Below, in pieces: positions 11,296 to 21,415 of a stretch of 64,000 nt of DNA (position 1 is its first letter; every line of letters starts with the position of its first letter). The position numbers and the translations under genes were made by a program. The stretch is from an uncultured Cellvibrionales bacterium (GTDB taxonomy: Bacteria > Pseudomonadota > Gammaproteobacteria > Pseudomonadales > GM7GCV1). The DNA lies in the NCBI GenBank assembly GCA_913063225.1, contig CAJXYP010000009.1, positions 27,719-91,718 on the forward strand. Reading direction: 5' to 3'. The notes beneath the pieces are model-generated. The model was not told where the DNA came from. It ran no database searches and saw only the letters and a list, made by a program, of their open reading frames with translations.

Positions 11296-11311
11296 CTGTG
11301 ATTATATACAG
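11296..11311. promoter_or_regulatory. SOS box (LexA operator) overlapping the lexA -10 element
   Basis: CTGT-GATTATAT-ACAG matches CTGT-N8-ACAG; 2 nt from the lexA ATG; contains TATAAT on the minus strand. Confidence 0.92.
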
Positions 11312-11338
11312 TATTCCATGAAAAACGATAGCGCTATT

Positions 11339-12703
11339 TTAGTCTTGCTCTAAAACCTGCTGACTCTCGAGACGGTCCAGCATTTTGTTAACTAGCCAGA
11401 AAGCAAAAACAGCCGCAATAACATTGCCGAGAACTGATCCTGCGAATAGACCTGGGATATCTGCCAGCAATCCGCCAATATAGGCGCAGGGTAAAACCAA
11501 TAGAAACAGTCTAACCAGGCTGACTATTAAGGTTTTACTCGATTCGTGTGCGGCATTAAACGCAGTGGCGATAACAATCACAATCGCATAAAAAGCGGCG
11601 CCCGCCGGCATAATTAGCAAATACTGCTTAGCCACAAGCAGTACGTCCGGGTCTGCGCTAAATATTCTACTTACCAAAGGCGCGCTTATGGCCAAGACCA
11701 GATAGCCTACAAACTGAACCAGTAGGACAAATTTCAAACTGAGGTTTAGTGCTTCACGGGCTCGAGTCACATTTCCGGCGCCAATGTTTTGCGCCATAAA
11801 GGGCGACAAAGTAGAGGTCATCGCAAAGGCAAGTATCATCGCGAATGCTTCAATACGACCACCGGCGCCGAAACCGGCGACCGCGGTCTCGCCGTAACGT
11901 GCGACCAGGGCAGTAAGAAACAATATGGTGATTGGCGTAAGCATATTTGCCAGAGAGATTGGCGAGCCAATGCGAATTACCTTGCCCCAGGTGTCCTTAA
12001 CTTCTTTGGCTGTTGGCGGTTTAAATGTTAGTAGTTTTTCGCGATGGCCCAACAACCATAGAGCTATTACAAAGCCAATGGCCCAAGAGATAGCTGATGC
12101 GTATGCAGCTCCAGCTACGCCTAATTCCGGAAATGGCCCGATTCCAAAAATAAGAAAAGGATCTAGTATCGCGTTAACGACGCCGCTGCTCATCATCAGA
12201 ATACTGGGCCACTTGGTATCACCCGTAGCGCGAATAGCCGCGTTGCCGGTCATGGGAATAACCAGCAAGCCTACGCTCAGGTACCAAATAACCATGTATT
12301 CATGAATAAATGGCAGCGTATTTTCTGTCGCCCCAAGGGCGATGAATAGTGGGTCAATGGTTAGTACACCCAGGCCAGCAACAATTACCACAATTAAGGT
12401 GCTAAACCACAGTGCATCGGTGCAAACGCGCTGAGCGGTTTGCATCTGCTGCCGTCCAATAACCTGAGCGAGAATTACCGAGGTGGCAATGCCCAGGCCA
12501 ATAGACAGATTCATAATGGTGAAGGTGACAGGGAAGGTAAAACTTATCGCCGCCAGTTCATCGGTTCCCATCAGGCTGATAAAGAAAGTGTCTACCGCAC
12601 CAAACATCATCATGGAGAAGATGGCCAAAATCATAGGGCCGGTCATACGAACTAGAGTGTCTTTGATCGGGCCGTGCAAGATATCTTCTGATGTAACGCG
12701 CAT
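11339..12703 (-). CDS. MATE-family efflux transporter
   Basis: ~12 hydrophobic segments; VDTFFISLMG, ATGDTKWP, NAILDPFLIFG..PELGVAGAA. Confidence 0.93.
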   Translation of the reverse strand: MRVTSEDILHGPIKDTLVRMTGPMILAIFSMMMFGAVDTFFISLMGTDELAAISFTFPVTFTIMNLSIGLGIATSVILAQVIGRQQMQTAQRVCTDALWFSTLIVVIVAGLGVLTIDPLFIALGATENTLPFIHEYMVIWYLSVGLLVIPMTGNAAIRATGDTKWPSILMMSSGVVNAILDPFLIFGIGPFPELGVAGAAYASAISWAIGFVIALWLLGHREKLLTFKPPTAKEVKDTWGKVIRIGSPISLANMLTPITILFLTALVARYGETAVAGFGAGGRIEAFAMILAFAMTSTLSPFMAQNIGAGNVTRAREALNLSLKFVLLVQFVGYLVLAISAPLVSRIFSADPDVLLVAKQYLLIMPAGAAFYAIVIVIATAFNAAHESSKTLIVSLVRLFLLVLPCAYIGGLLADIPGLFAGSVLGNVIAAVFAFWLVNKMLDRLESQQVLEQD

Positions 12704-12707
12704 GTTT

Positions 12708-12974
12708 AGAGCCTGTTAGTACTTATTGAATAACCACTGCTGGAGGTCATTTTTTTACCCAGCGAGGCAGAAGAAGCGCGATGTATTGAATATACTTGAG
12801 CGACTAATAACGGTGCTGGGTGAAAAATGGCTCCAGCCCTTCGGGTAGCGGCTAAAAAAGCACCACTCCGTGTTAATCGTCGCTTATTTGGAACTACCAA
12901 ACTGCTTTCCTCTCGCCGTGATTGGCGCTTTTTTAGTCACTACAGTGACTATTCAATAAGGCCTAACAGGCCCT
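12708..12974. mobile_element. Non-autonomous MITE-like element, 267 bp, ~31-bp imperfect terminal inverted repeats and two internal stem arms
   Basis: Left GAGCCTGTTAGTACTTATTGAATAACCACTG vs reverse complement of the right end GGGCCTGTTAGGCCTTATTGAATAGTCACTG; internal pairs 12740-12763/12815-12836 and 12845-12865/12923-12943 joined by CCCTTCGGG. Confidence 0.75.
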
Positions 12975-13087
12975 GCTTTATTATTGCTGAGAAGATTAGA
13001 TTTTGAATCGATCGAAACTAAGGCGATTTCCCCAGTAATTCCGGAACCGGTTTACAATCTCGCCCGAGCAAATTTAACCGCACAGAC

Positions 13088-13741
13088 ATGACGCCAGAAA
13101 GATACCACAAAATTCGCCAGACACTGGAGCTACGACAGCCCGACTTAACACTTCTTACGGATCAGGTGGAGAAAGGCAACAATATAGCTGCCATGCGCAG
13201 AAGCTGTGATGCCTTTGCTGTGGGTGAGATGCACGCCGTGGTGGCCGAAGATTATCTCCCTCGGCGACATGCGGGCATTACTGCCGGCACACACAAGCGG
13301 GTGCGACTATTTCACCACAAGACTCTGCAGCAGCCTATTACCGAATTGCGAGCTCGCGGCATGAGAATAGTAGCGACGGATTTGAGTGATCAGGCGGTGG
13401 ACTATCAGGAATACGATTTCACCCAACCAACGGCGATTCTGATGGGCTCGGAACTATTTGGCGTAAGTGACGAGGCACGCCAATTCGCCGACGATTTTAT
13501 TCATATTCCCATGCGTGGTTTAGTGGAATCGCTAAATGTTTCTGTGGCGTTTGCCCTGATCCTTTCGGAAGCCTGCCGGCAGAGACAAAAAGCGGGTATG
13601 TTTGATAGTCCCAGATTGACCAAACAAGAAATTGATCAACTGGCATTCGAGTGGGGTTACCCCAGACTAAAGACCCACTATCAGGGTAAAGGTTTGCCCT
13701 ATCCTGAACTAGATGATGAAGGGCAAATTATTACACAGTAG
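13088..13741 (+). CDS. trmH: tRNA (guanosine-18-2'-O)-methyltransferase
   Basis: MTPERY..RQPDLT, RSCDA, MGSELFGVS, IPMRGLVESLNVSVA, FEWGYP. Confidence 0.92.
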   Translation: MTPERYHKIRQTLELRQPDLTLLTDQVEKGNNIAAMRRSCDAFAVGEMHAVVAEDYLPRRHAGITAGTHKRVRLFHHKTLQQPITELRARGMRIVATDLSDQAVDYQEYDFTQPTAILMGSELFGVSDEARQFADDFIHIPMRGLVESLNVSVAFALILSEACRQRQKAGMFDSPRLTKQEIDQLAFEWGYPRLKTHYQGKGLPYPELDDEGQIITQ

Positions 13742-13762
13742 ACTAGATCAGCGCGGTGCTAC

Positions 13763-14746
13763 TTAGTTAGAAACTAACCTCATACTTAAGTCGGCATCTC
13801 TTATCGCAGTAGTTGATCCATCAGCCTGCTGGATTTGTAAAACGCCCTGGTCATCTACGCCTCCGCAAGTGCCGCGAATTTCATCGGTAGTTTGGCTGAA
13901 TAGCCTAACTTCTTCGCCTATATATAAACCGCGTGAATTCCAGGCCTCTTTGAAGGGCCCGAATCCCTGTTTTTCAAATTGCGGTAACAGGTCGATAAAG
14001 CCTTCGGTAATAAGCGCTGCCAGCTGATTGCGATCAACGGTATGCCCTAGCGCTTGAAGGTCGATCCAATCCTGATCTATAGCAGCCCTTTCATTCTCCA
14101 AAATATGATGATTGATGCCTACTCCGACGACTAAATCGCAAGCGCCACTGGCCTCTCCTTTAGCGGATACCAGCAGGCCACCAAGTTTTTTGTTGTTTAG
14201 GTAAATATCGTTTGGCCACTTAATTTTTACATGGGCAACGCCGCATATTTCCAATGCCTCAGCAACTACCAAACCCGACAATAAACTGACTGCAGATAAT
14301 GAACTTGGCCAGTTGGAAAAGCGCCAAGCCAGAGAAAACATAAGGTTCCGATAGGCCGTACTGTGCCACTGGCGTTCGCGGCGTCCACGTCCGGCAAGCT
14401 GTGCCTCGGATACACAGACAACCGCTTGGTCCTGATGGAATTCCTGATCCAAAAGCCACTGATTTGTGGACTCGATTTGTTGATGGATGTGGATCTTCAC
14501 CAACTGATCAAGGTGCTTTTCATCGATGTAAGCTTCGATGGATTGGCGATTGAGGAGAATTACTCCTTCATCCAATCGATATCCCTTTCCGGCCACAGAG
14601 ATTAGCGGAAGACCTTTTTCTCGAAGGCTAGCCATATGTTTAGAAACAGCAACTCTGGAAATACCGAGTTCTTGGCCGAGCTTGTCGCCCCCATGGAATC
14701 CTGGGGTGCTCAATTGTTTGAGCAGGAATTTTTCTGTATCGGACAT
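13763..14746 (-). CDS. birA: Bifunctional biotin ligase / biotin operon repressor (class II, with wHTH)
   Basis: N-terminal HTH LGISRVAVSKH, STN, QLAGRGRR, KWPND, KKLGGLL. Confidence 0.95.
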   Translation of the reverse strand: MSDTEKFLLKQLSTPGFHGGDKLGQELGISRVAVSKHMASLREKGLPLISVAGKGYRLDEGVILLNRQSIEAYIDEKHLDQLVKIHIHQQIESTNQWLLDQEFHQDQAVVCVSEAQLAGRGRRERQWHSTAYRNLMFSLAWRFSNWPSSLSAVSLLSGLVVAEALEICGVAHVKIKWPNDIYLNNKKLGGLLVSAKGEASGACDLVVGVGINHHILENERAAIDQDWIDLQALGHTVDRNQLAALITEGFIDLLPQFEKQGFGPFKEAWNSRGLYIGEEVRLFSQTTDEIRGTCGGVDDQGVLQIQQADGSTTAIRDADLSMRLVSN

Positions 14747-14856
14747 TTAGTTTTTTTGGCTTGGCCATGGAGTTAGTGGGTTGCAGCCTAGCGTGGATTG
14801 TGATGATTTTGTGAGTTTTCTTGGTTGGCTCATGCCTACGGCGGGTGTTGATTAAC

Positions 14857-14898
14857 ACTTAACCATTTCCACTGCCGTGGCAGCGGAAATGGTTAAGT
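14857..14898. repeat. 42-bp palindrome; short member of a dispersed repeat family
   Basis: ACTTAACCATTTCCACTGCC-GT-GGCAGCGGAAATGGTTAAGT (1 mismatch); matches the termini of the 33332-33589 element. Confidence 0.8.
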
Positions 14899-14975
14899 CG
14901 AGTGAATTACCATCAGTAAATTGAGAAACAAGTTACCCAAAAATTAGCGTCAACATGTGACGACAAAAAACAAGT

Positions 14976-15008
14976 CTGTTAACCTATCGACCAAGTTTCG
15001 GTTAACAG
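14976..15008. promoter_or_regulatory. BirA operator (bioO)
   Basis: CTGTTAACC-N15-GGTTAACAG inverted repeat 10 nt upstream of bioB; fits the proteobacterial TGTaAACC-N14..16-GGTTtACA consensus. Confidence 0.85.
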
Positions 15009-15018
15009 GTTACCTCCA

Positions 15019-16005
15019 ATGCCTTCGGCAAACCCGGTCCAATATATACAACCCATAAACCGCCATCAGTGGGGCCAGGCGGAAGTGGCTGATCTCTTCG
15101 CTCAACCCTTTATGGATCTGGTGTTTCAAGCGCAACAGGTACACCGCGAAAACTTTGAACCTAATCAGGTGCAATTGAGCACTTTGATTAGTATTAAAAC
15201 GGGAGCCTGCCCGGAAGATTGTGCCTATTGTCCGCAAAGCGCGCATTACGACACCGATCTGGAGAAAGAGAAGCTCCTACCCATTGCCGAAATATTGGAA
15301 GCCGCACAGAAAGCGGTTGATGCGGGTGCTACCCGATTTTGCATGGGCGCTGCCTGGCGTAATCCTTCTGATAGAGAGCTCCCACAAGTTTTGGCTACTA
15401 TTAGCGCGGTCAAGGAACTTGGTCTGGAAACCTGTGCCACGCTCGGCATGTTAAAACCTGAACAAGCGCATTTGCTTGCCGAAGCCGGTTTGGATTACTA
15501 CAACCATAATCTGGATACCTCTGAGAAATATTACGATCAAATTATTACTACCCGTACTTATCAAAACCGCTTAGATACGCTTCAATCGGTTCGCGATGCA
15601 GGTATGAATGTGTGTGCCGGTGGTATTGTTGGCATGGGTGAAGATGAGTCAGATCGAATTGGTCTTCTGAGAACCTTAGCTAACTTGCCAACCGCTCCGG
15701 AAAGCGTGCCGATCAATATGTTGGTGAAGGTACCCGGCACTCCACTAGAAGATGTGGCTGATCTAGACGACTTTGATTTTATTCGAACCATCGCCGTTGC
15801 CAGAATTCTTATGCCGCAATCGTATGTTCGGCTTTCTGCCGGTCGCCACGAGATGAATGATCAAATGCAGGCGCTTTGCTTTATGGCCGGCGCCAATTCG
15901 ATTTTCTATGGTGAGGAACTGCTTACCACGGAGAACGCTAGCAGCGATCACGACCGGCAATTATTTGATCGTTTAGGAATTAGCGCCGAAAAGGCGCAGC
16001 GTTAA
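15019..16005 (+). CDS. bioB: Biotin synthase
   Basis: Radical [34 protein letters not shown]. Confidence 0.98.
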   Translation: MPSANPVQYIQPINRHQWGQAEVADLFAQPFMDLVFQAQQVHRENFEPNQVQLSTLISIKTGACPEDCAYCPQSAHYDTDLEKEKLLPIAEILEAAQKAVDAGATRFCMGAAWRNPSDRELPQVLATISAVKELGLETCATLGMLKPEQAHLLAEAGLDYYNHNLDTSEKYYDQIITTRTYQNRLDTLQSVRDAGMNVCAGGIVGMGEDESDRIGLLRTLANLPTAPESVPINMLVKVPGTPLEDVADLDDFDFIRTIAVARILMPQSYVRLSAGRHEMNDQMQALCFMAGANSIFYGEELLTTENASSDHDRQLFDRLGISAEKAQR

Positions 16006-16015
16006 TCGCTCCCTA

Positions 16016-17188
16016 ATGAATTGGCACCAGCAGCTTTCTTTAAGTTTGGAGCAAGCCGAATCCGATCATCTGCGCAGGTCCAGAAACCTATTGGACGGGC
16101 CTCAGGGGCCGAAAGTTCAGATTGACGGAGCTGAGCTCAGCAACTTCTGTAGCAACGATTATCTAGGCTTTGCAAGCCACCCCAAGATTAAAAAGGCGGT
16201 TATAGATGCGGCCAAAGAGTGGGGCGTCGGAAGTGGTTCATCGCATCTGGTTTGCGGACATCAGGGTCTGACAGAAAGCTTTGAACAGGATTTTGCCGCC
16301 TTTGTTGGTGCTGAGTCTGCGTTGCTTTTCTCAACCGGCTATATGGCAAACTTTGCCGTTCTTAATAGTTTTGTTGATCGCGACGCTCTGATTTTCCAAG
16401 ACAAATTCAACCATGCATCCCTGATTGATGCTGGTCGCTTGAGCCGCGCGGGCTTTAACCGATACCAACATGGCGACATGAATTACCTCGAGCAACAGCT
16501 CAAAGCAGCTGGCGAGAAACCGACTTTGGTGGCAACTGATGCGGTGTTTAGCATGGACGGAGATTTGGCTCCCCTTGAGCAGCTATCAGAGTTCTCTATG
16601 CGCTATGACGCACTAACTTATTTTGATGACGCTCATGGGTTTGGCGTACTTGGCAATCAGGGCAGGGGTAGTCTAAATTCCGTTGGCCTTGCTCCAACGG
16701 GGAATCGACTATTATTGGCCACTCTGGGCAAAGCGCTCGGCTCATTCGGCGCAGTAGTTGCGGGTGATAAGGTTTTTACCGACACGCTAATTCAAAAAGC
16801 ACGGCCCTATATTTACACAACCGCACTTCCGCCTACGGTAGTTGCCGCTAGCTCAGCGGCTTTGGGTCTAATGCAAGAAGAAGATTGGCGGTTCCAGCAT
16901 CTGCATAGCCTAATAAAAATATTCCGGAATTCCGTTGCTACCTTAGGCTTACATCTAATGGACTCGCAAACGGCGATTCAGCCTATTTTGGTTGGCGACA
17001 ATCAAGCTGCTTTAGATTGTTCCAACAAGCTTAAGGACCTGGGTTTTTTGGTAACCGCAATTCGCCCGCCAACGGTGCCGAATGGCACCGCTAGACTGCG
17101 TATTACGCTTTCGGCGGCGCATACCGAGGCCGATGTAGCAAGTTTGGTAGAGGCTCTGAAACAGCTACAAAAGAGTGACTTATTGTGA
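16016..17188 (+). CDS. bioF: 8-amino-7-oxononanoate synthase
   Basis: FCSNDYLG, NHASLIDA, FSMDGD, DDAHGFG, TLGKALG (PLP Lys), AIRPPTVP. Confidence 0.96.
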   Translation: MNWHQQLSLSLEQAESDHLRRSRNLLDGPQGPKVQIDGAELSNFCSNDYLGFASHPKIKKAVIDAAKEWGVGSGSSHLVCGHQGLTESFEQDFAAFVGAESALLFSTGYMANFAVLNSFVDRDALIFQDKFNHASLIDAGRLSRAGFNRYQHGDMNYLEQQLKAAGEKPTLVATDAVFSMDGDLAPLEQLSEFSMRYDALTYFDDAHGFGVLGNQGRGSLNSVGLAPTGNRLLLATLGKALGSFGAVVAGDKVFTDTLIQKARPYIYTTALPPTVVAASSAALGLMQEEDWRFQHLHSLIKIFRNSVATLGLHLMDSQTAIQPILVGDNQAALDCSNKLKDLGFLVTAIRPPTVPNGTARLRITLSAAHTEADVASLVEALKQLQKSDLL

Positions 17189-17967
17189 GCACCCCACAGG
17201 ATGCGGATCTGGTATTGCTGCACGGCTGGGGCACTCATTCCGGAGTTTGGGGTCAGGTGCGAAGCCAGCTAGATGCACAGAGCCTAGCCTTAGATTTTCC
17301 CGGCTATGGCACGCAGATCAAGCGCAAGTTTCCTGCTGATATTGATGTTCTTGCTCGCGATGTCCTTGATAGGGCTCCAGAGGTGGCAATTTGGGGTGGT
17401 TGGTCTCTGGGAGGAATGGTGGCATTGCGGGCCGCGACAATCGCTCCAGAGCGCGTCCGAGGCTTAATGTTGGTATGCAGCACTCCTAAGTTTGTTGCTT
17501 CTTCTGACTGGTCTGCAGGAACAGATATCGAGGTATTTGAGTCGTTTGCAGAAAGCTTAACCAAAGACTATGCGCGCAATTTGCGACGATTTTTATTGTT
17601 ACAGGCGGGAGACAGTAAGAGGGCTCGCCAATTCAGCGTTCCGATACGAGAAATAATTGAATCGGCGCCGCAGCCAAGCACTGAAACCCTGAATAATGGA
17701 TTAGCGCTGCTTAAGAATCTCGACATGCGTGAGCAGCTGGGTAAATTGGATATTCCCCTGCGATTAATATCCGGGCAAAAAGATCGAATTTGTCATCCGG
17801 ACGCTTCTAAGTGGTTCGCCGGCAAATTAGGCGGGCGGCATACTAAATTACCGTCGGGCCACGGGCCATTGTTGTCGCATCCGCAAGCATTGGCTGAAGA
17901 CCTTACCGCCTTGCTAAATGAGGTAATGGCACCCGCTGCCGGTAGAGCTTCTGCGACCCATAAATGA
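17185..17967 (+). CDS. bioH: Pimeloyl-ACP methyl ester carboxylesterase
   Basis: LVLLHGWG, GWSLGG nucleophile motif, GHGPLLSHP; operon position. Confidence 0.9.
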   Translation: MSTPQDADLVLLHGWGTHSGVWGQVRSQLDAQSLALDFPGYGTQIKRKFPADIDVLARDVLDRAPEVAIWGGWSLGGMVALRAATIAPERVRGLMLVCSTPKFVASSDWSAGTDIEVFESFAESLTKDYARNLRRFLLLQAGDSKRARQFSVPIREIIESAPQPSTETLNNGLALLKNLDMREQLGKLDIPLRLISGQKDRICHPDASKWFAGKLGGRHTKLPSGHGPLLSHPQALAEDLTALLNEVMAPAAGRASATHK

Positions 17968-18767
17968 TGCAGATAGATAAGGTACAAGTAGCCCGACAAT
18001 TTAGCCGTGCGGCGGCCGAATACCATAGTGCCTCACAAGTTCAGAATGATATGGCTTGTGAATTATTAACGCGTATTCCAGAACAGATGATTAGGCCCGC
18101 AAATATTCTAGATCTAGGCTGTGGTAGCGGTTTTTTGACCGGCTGTTTAATAAATAGATTCAGTGATGCGCAAGTTGTGGGGCTAGATATAGCGTCGGGA
18201 ATGCTGACGGCATCAACCTCCTATTTTGCTAAATCTTTAGCGCAGACCAGTTCTTCGCCTTTTTTGATTCAGGGAGATATGGAGTCATTACCCATTGCTT
18301 CACATTCTTTCGAACTTGTGGTCTCGAACGCCGCTTTGCAGTGGACCAATTATGCGGCCTCTATCGCGGAGGTTGAAAGAGTCCTGGTGCCTGGTGGTTT
18401 CGCGGTAATGGCCACTTTTGTAGAGGGTACTTTGGCCGAGTGGCGCAGAGCTTTGCAAAGTGCAGGCCTAAATCTGGTCCACGAAATGCTCGATCAAGAA
18501 TATTTGGAGATGACCGCTAAGCGAACTGGTTTTGAAATACTTGCTAGTGAGTCCATGGTGCATAGGCTTGCGCATACGGATATCGCAGATCTAATCAAGA
18601 GCACTAAGCGTATGGGCGCAACCAACGCGCTAAAAAATCGCAGCCGGGGGCTTATGGGGCGGGGAACATACGCGTCCTTGGTACAAGCCATTGAATTGGA
18701 ATACCCCCGCACCGAATATTATTCCAATTACCGAAGCGGCTATTTGGTGCTAAGGAAATCCGCATGA
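17964..18767 (+). CDS. bioC: Malonyl-ACP O-methyltransferase
   Basis: KVQVARQFSRAA, ILDLGCGSG, SNAALQW. Confidence 0.9.
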   Translation: MMQIDKVQVARQFSRAAAEYHSASQVQNDMACELLTRIPEQMIRPANILDLGCGSGFLTGCLINRFSDAQVVGLDIASGMLTASTSYFAKSLAQTSSSPFLIQGDMESLPIASHSFELVVSNAALQWTNYAASIAEVERVLVPGGFAVMATFVEGTLAEWRRALQSAGLNLVHEMLDQEYLEMTAKRTGFEILASESMVHRLAHTDIADLIKSTKRMGATNALKNRSRGLMGRGTYASLVQAIELEYPRTEYYSNYRSGYLVLRKSA

Positions 18768-19447
18768 AATTGGCTATCGACCCAGGTATCAATCAAACCA
18801 GTAACCTATCTGGGGAATTGCCAAGGCAGTTCTTTATAGCGGGCACGGATACCGATGTGGGTAAAACCTATGTATCACTAGAGCTAATACGATTCTTGGT
18901 CGAGAGCGGTGATCGAGTAGGTGTTATGAAACCGGTTTCTGCTGGATGTGAGTTGGTTGCAGGGCAGTGGCAGAACGCCGACGCATTGGCGCTAATGGAA
19001 GCTAGCAACCTGCAGCAATCCTATGCTGAAGTGAACCCCTATGCCTTTGAGTCGCCGGTTTCTCCGCATATTGCTGCCAAGATTTCCGCTACAACTATAG
19101 ACCTAAATCTTCTGTTGCAGACATTTGAGAAAATCAAAGCGCGTTCAGATTCGGTTTTGATTGAGGGCGCGGGTGGTTGGCTCGCTCCCATAAGCGAAAC
19201 CCAGAGCATGGCGGATATAGCCATAAAGTTAGATATTCCCGTGGTACTCGTAGTTGGCATTAAATTGGGTTGTTTAAATCACGCACAGCTTACGGCTCGG
19301 GCAATTAAAGACTCCGGCTTATCTCTTACTGGCTGGATCGCAAATGAGCTGGATCCGGAAATGTCCTATCCGGATGAAAATATCAAATGCTTAGCAGATC
19401 GGATAGATGCACCGCTAATTGCTCATATATCGCACAAAAATAATTGA
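18764..19447 (+). CDS. bioD: Dethiobiotin synthetase
   Basis: GTDTDVGKT, MKPVSAG, IEGAGG, KLGCLNHAQLT. Confidence 0.95.
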   Translation: MKLAIDPGINQTSNLSGELPRQFFIAGTDTDVGKTYVSLELIRFLVESGDRVGVMKPVSAGCELVAGQWQNADALALMEASNLQQSYAEVNPYAFESPVSPHIAAKISATTIDLNLLLQTFEKIKARSDSVLIEGAGGWLAPISETQSMADIAIKLDIPVVLVVGIKLGCLNHAQLTARAIKDSGLSLTGWIANELDPEMSYPDENIKCLADRIDAPLIAHISHKNN

Positions 19448-19531
19448 TTTTTGTAGTTTAGCTTGTTGGCTATTGGCAGTTTCCTGCATACACTGGTCCG
19501 AAATAAAAAAAGATACTGCCTAAAACCGTGA

Positions 19532-20647
19532 GTGGACAAATGGATCCGGGTGCGCAGCGCACCTGAAGCAGCAAGAAATGCGGCGTTGTACGAAAAGATT
19601 TCAGGCTTACTCAGTCTGGGTGCGGCTATCTGCTTTTTGGTACGTTTACAAATTGCCCCGGTATCAGATACCACTACCATTGCTTCGTCTTTGGTGTGCG
19701 TCATTATTTTTATCGTCTATATCTGCATCAAGCGGCAGTGGGCGGCGCACTTTTCTGGCGTGTTACTGGTAATGGCCTGGGTGGCCTCTCTGCTGCTAGT
19801 GGCAGCCCTTAAGGACGGCAGCAACAGCCCAGTAATGGTATTGGCGCCAATCACCCCATTAATGGCCGCCATTCTAAGGGGCAAGGATTGGGGTTGGTAT
19901 TCCTCGATCGTTATAGTTCTGGCGATATTCATATTTGGTGCATTGGAAGAGCGTGGTTACTACGCCGATGCTTCGTCTTTATATGCTCACCTCGAATTAG
20001 ATCTTTATGAATTTTGGTTGATATTAGCGGTATTGATTGGTGCTTTAATCGGGCATCACCTGGCCACAGAAAATACTCGTCTTAGTGAAACACTTCGACA
20101 CCATGCGCGAGTGGATTTCCTTACCGGTATACCAAACCGCATGTCGATTAATGAAGCGCTTAATAACGCCGCCAGAGAGTCCAAACGCAATACCAATTGG
20201 ATGTCGGTGATGATGATTGATATCGATAATTTCAAGATCTACAACGACGTCAATGGCCACGCCGCTGGAGATAAGGTACTGCGGCAAGTAGCGCAAGCCT
20301 TTAAAGATGTGCTCAATCGCCCCTATGATTTTGTTGGCCGCTATGGCGGTGAGGAGTTTTCGGTCATCTTGCCCAAGACTGATCCAGAGGGGGCTCGGTT
20401 TGTGGCGGAGCGATTGCGTTTAGCGGTAGAAAAACTAAAAATACCCTATCGAGCCAGCAAAAAAGAAGAGGTGATAACCGTTACAGTGGGTTTGGCATCT
20501 GCTCCCGGGGCCTTGGATGGTCGTGGCGATAAATTGATTAAAGAGGCCGATTCAGCGCTATATACCGGTAAAGAGTACGGGCGCAATCGAGTAATTCCGA
20601 CGGTCTTAGATCAGGCAGGCAATCTATCTACGGGAGGGCCTGATTAG
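19532..20647 (+). CDS. Membrane-bound diguanylate cyclase
   Basis: ~5-6 TM helices, then DFLTGIPNR, DIDNFKIYND, I-site RPYD and intact GGEEF. Confidence 0.92.
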   Translation: MDKWIRVRSAPEAARNAALYEKISGLLSLGAAICFLVRLQIAPVSDTTTIASSLVCVIIFIVYICIKRQWAAHFSGVLLVMAWVASLLLVAALKDGSNSPVMVLAPITPLMAAILRGKDWGWYSSIVIVLAIFIFGALEERGYYADASSLYAHLELDLYEFWLILAVLIGALIGHHLATENTRLSETLRHHARVDFLTGIPNRMSINEALNNAARESKRNTNWMSVMMIDIDNFKIYNDVNGHAAGDKVLRQVAQAFKDVLNRPYDFVGRYGGEEFSVILPKTDPEGARFVAERLRLAVEKLKIPYRASKKEEVITVTVGLASAPGALDGRGDKLIKEADSALYTGKEYGRNRVIPTVLDQAGNLSTGGPD

Positions 20648-20676
20648 CCCAAGCGTCCTAGTCTGGATTGATAGGT

Positions 20677-21282
20677 TTAATCGAGATTGCTAGCAGAAAC
20701 ATTGAGGTCTTTGATTAGGCCGTTCTGCAAGCTATATACCCATCCATGCACACTAATCTGTTGGCCGCTGTCGGCAGCTTCCTTCAGATATTGGTTTTGT
20801 AATAGCGTGGTCACCTGATCTTCAACGTTCATTTCGCAGACTCGATTGACCCAGTCTTTCTGGTTATCAAAATCTGACTGTAGGCATTTTTTGTCTAAGG
20901 CGAGCGCACGTATGGGCGAGACCCAGTCCCTTAGGGGGCCATCAGTACTGCGCGTCAGCGCAGCGCCAACGCCACCGCAATCGTGGTGACCACAGACAAT
21001 AATATGCTTAACCTTCAGAGAGAGAACCGCGAATTGCACAACCGCAAGGATGTTGCGGTCGGTATTTTCAACTCGGTTTGATACGTTGCGGTGAACAAAT
21101 ACTTCGCCCGGAGCAAGTCCAGTTATAACGTTTGCCGGAACGCGACTGTCAGAGCAGCCTATCCATAAATATTTGGGACGCTGCTGCGCAGCCAATCGTT
21201 CAAAGAATTTCGAATCTTCCTGTTGGATCTTGCCTGCCCAGCGCGCATTGTTATCCAGTAGATCACTAATAGAATCTGACAT
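20677..21282 (-). CDS. can: Beta-class carbonic anhydrase
   Basis: WIGCSDSRVP, GEVFVHRNV, CGHHDCGG zinc ligands. Confidence 0.95.
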   Translation of the reverse strand: MSDSISDLLDNNARWAGKIQQEDSKFFERLAAQQRPKYLWIGCSDSRVPANVITGLAPGEVFVHRNVSNRVENTDRNILAVVQFAVLSLKVKHIIVCGHHDCGGVGAALTRSTDGPLRDWVSPIRALALDKKCLQSDFDNQKDWVNRVCEMNVEDQVTTLLQNQYLKEAADSGQQISVHGWVYSLQNGLIKDLNVSASNLD

Positions 21283-21365
21283 AGGTAACTTTATCCCCCT
21301 AATTTGGGACGGATTGTAAGGTAATTGTTGTCTGGTATCAGCAGCAATCTACATCTAAAAGCCAC

Positions 21366-21394
21366 AAAAAAGGCCGGCAATATGCCGACCTTTT
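21366..21394 (-). terminator. Rho-independent terminator after the carboxylase gene
   Basis: Minus strand AAAAGGTCGGCA-tat-TGCCGGCC-TTTTTT. Confidence 0.8.
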
Positions 21395-21415
21395 ATAGCG
21401 GGGGTATCTACAGGG

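Noticed and set aside
12706-12900. 64-aa minus-strand ORF
   Set aside because: Lies almost entirely within the MITE-like element and has no protein motif.
15019-19447. Absence of bioA from the biotin operon
   Set aside because: bioBFHCD with unlinked bioA is the usual Pseudomonadales arrangement.
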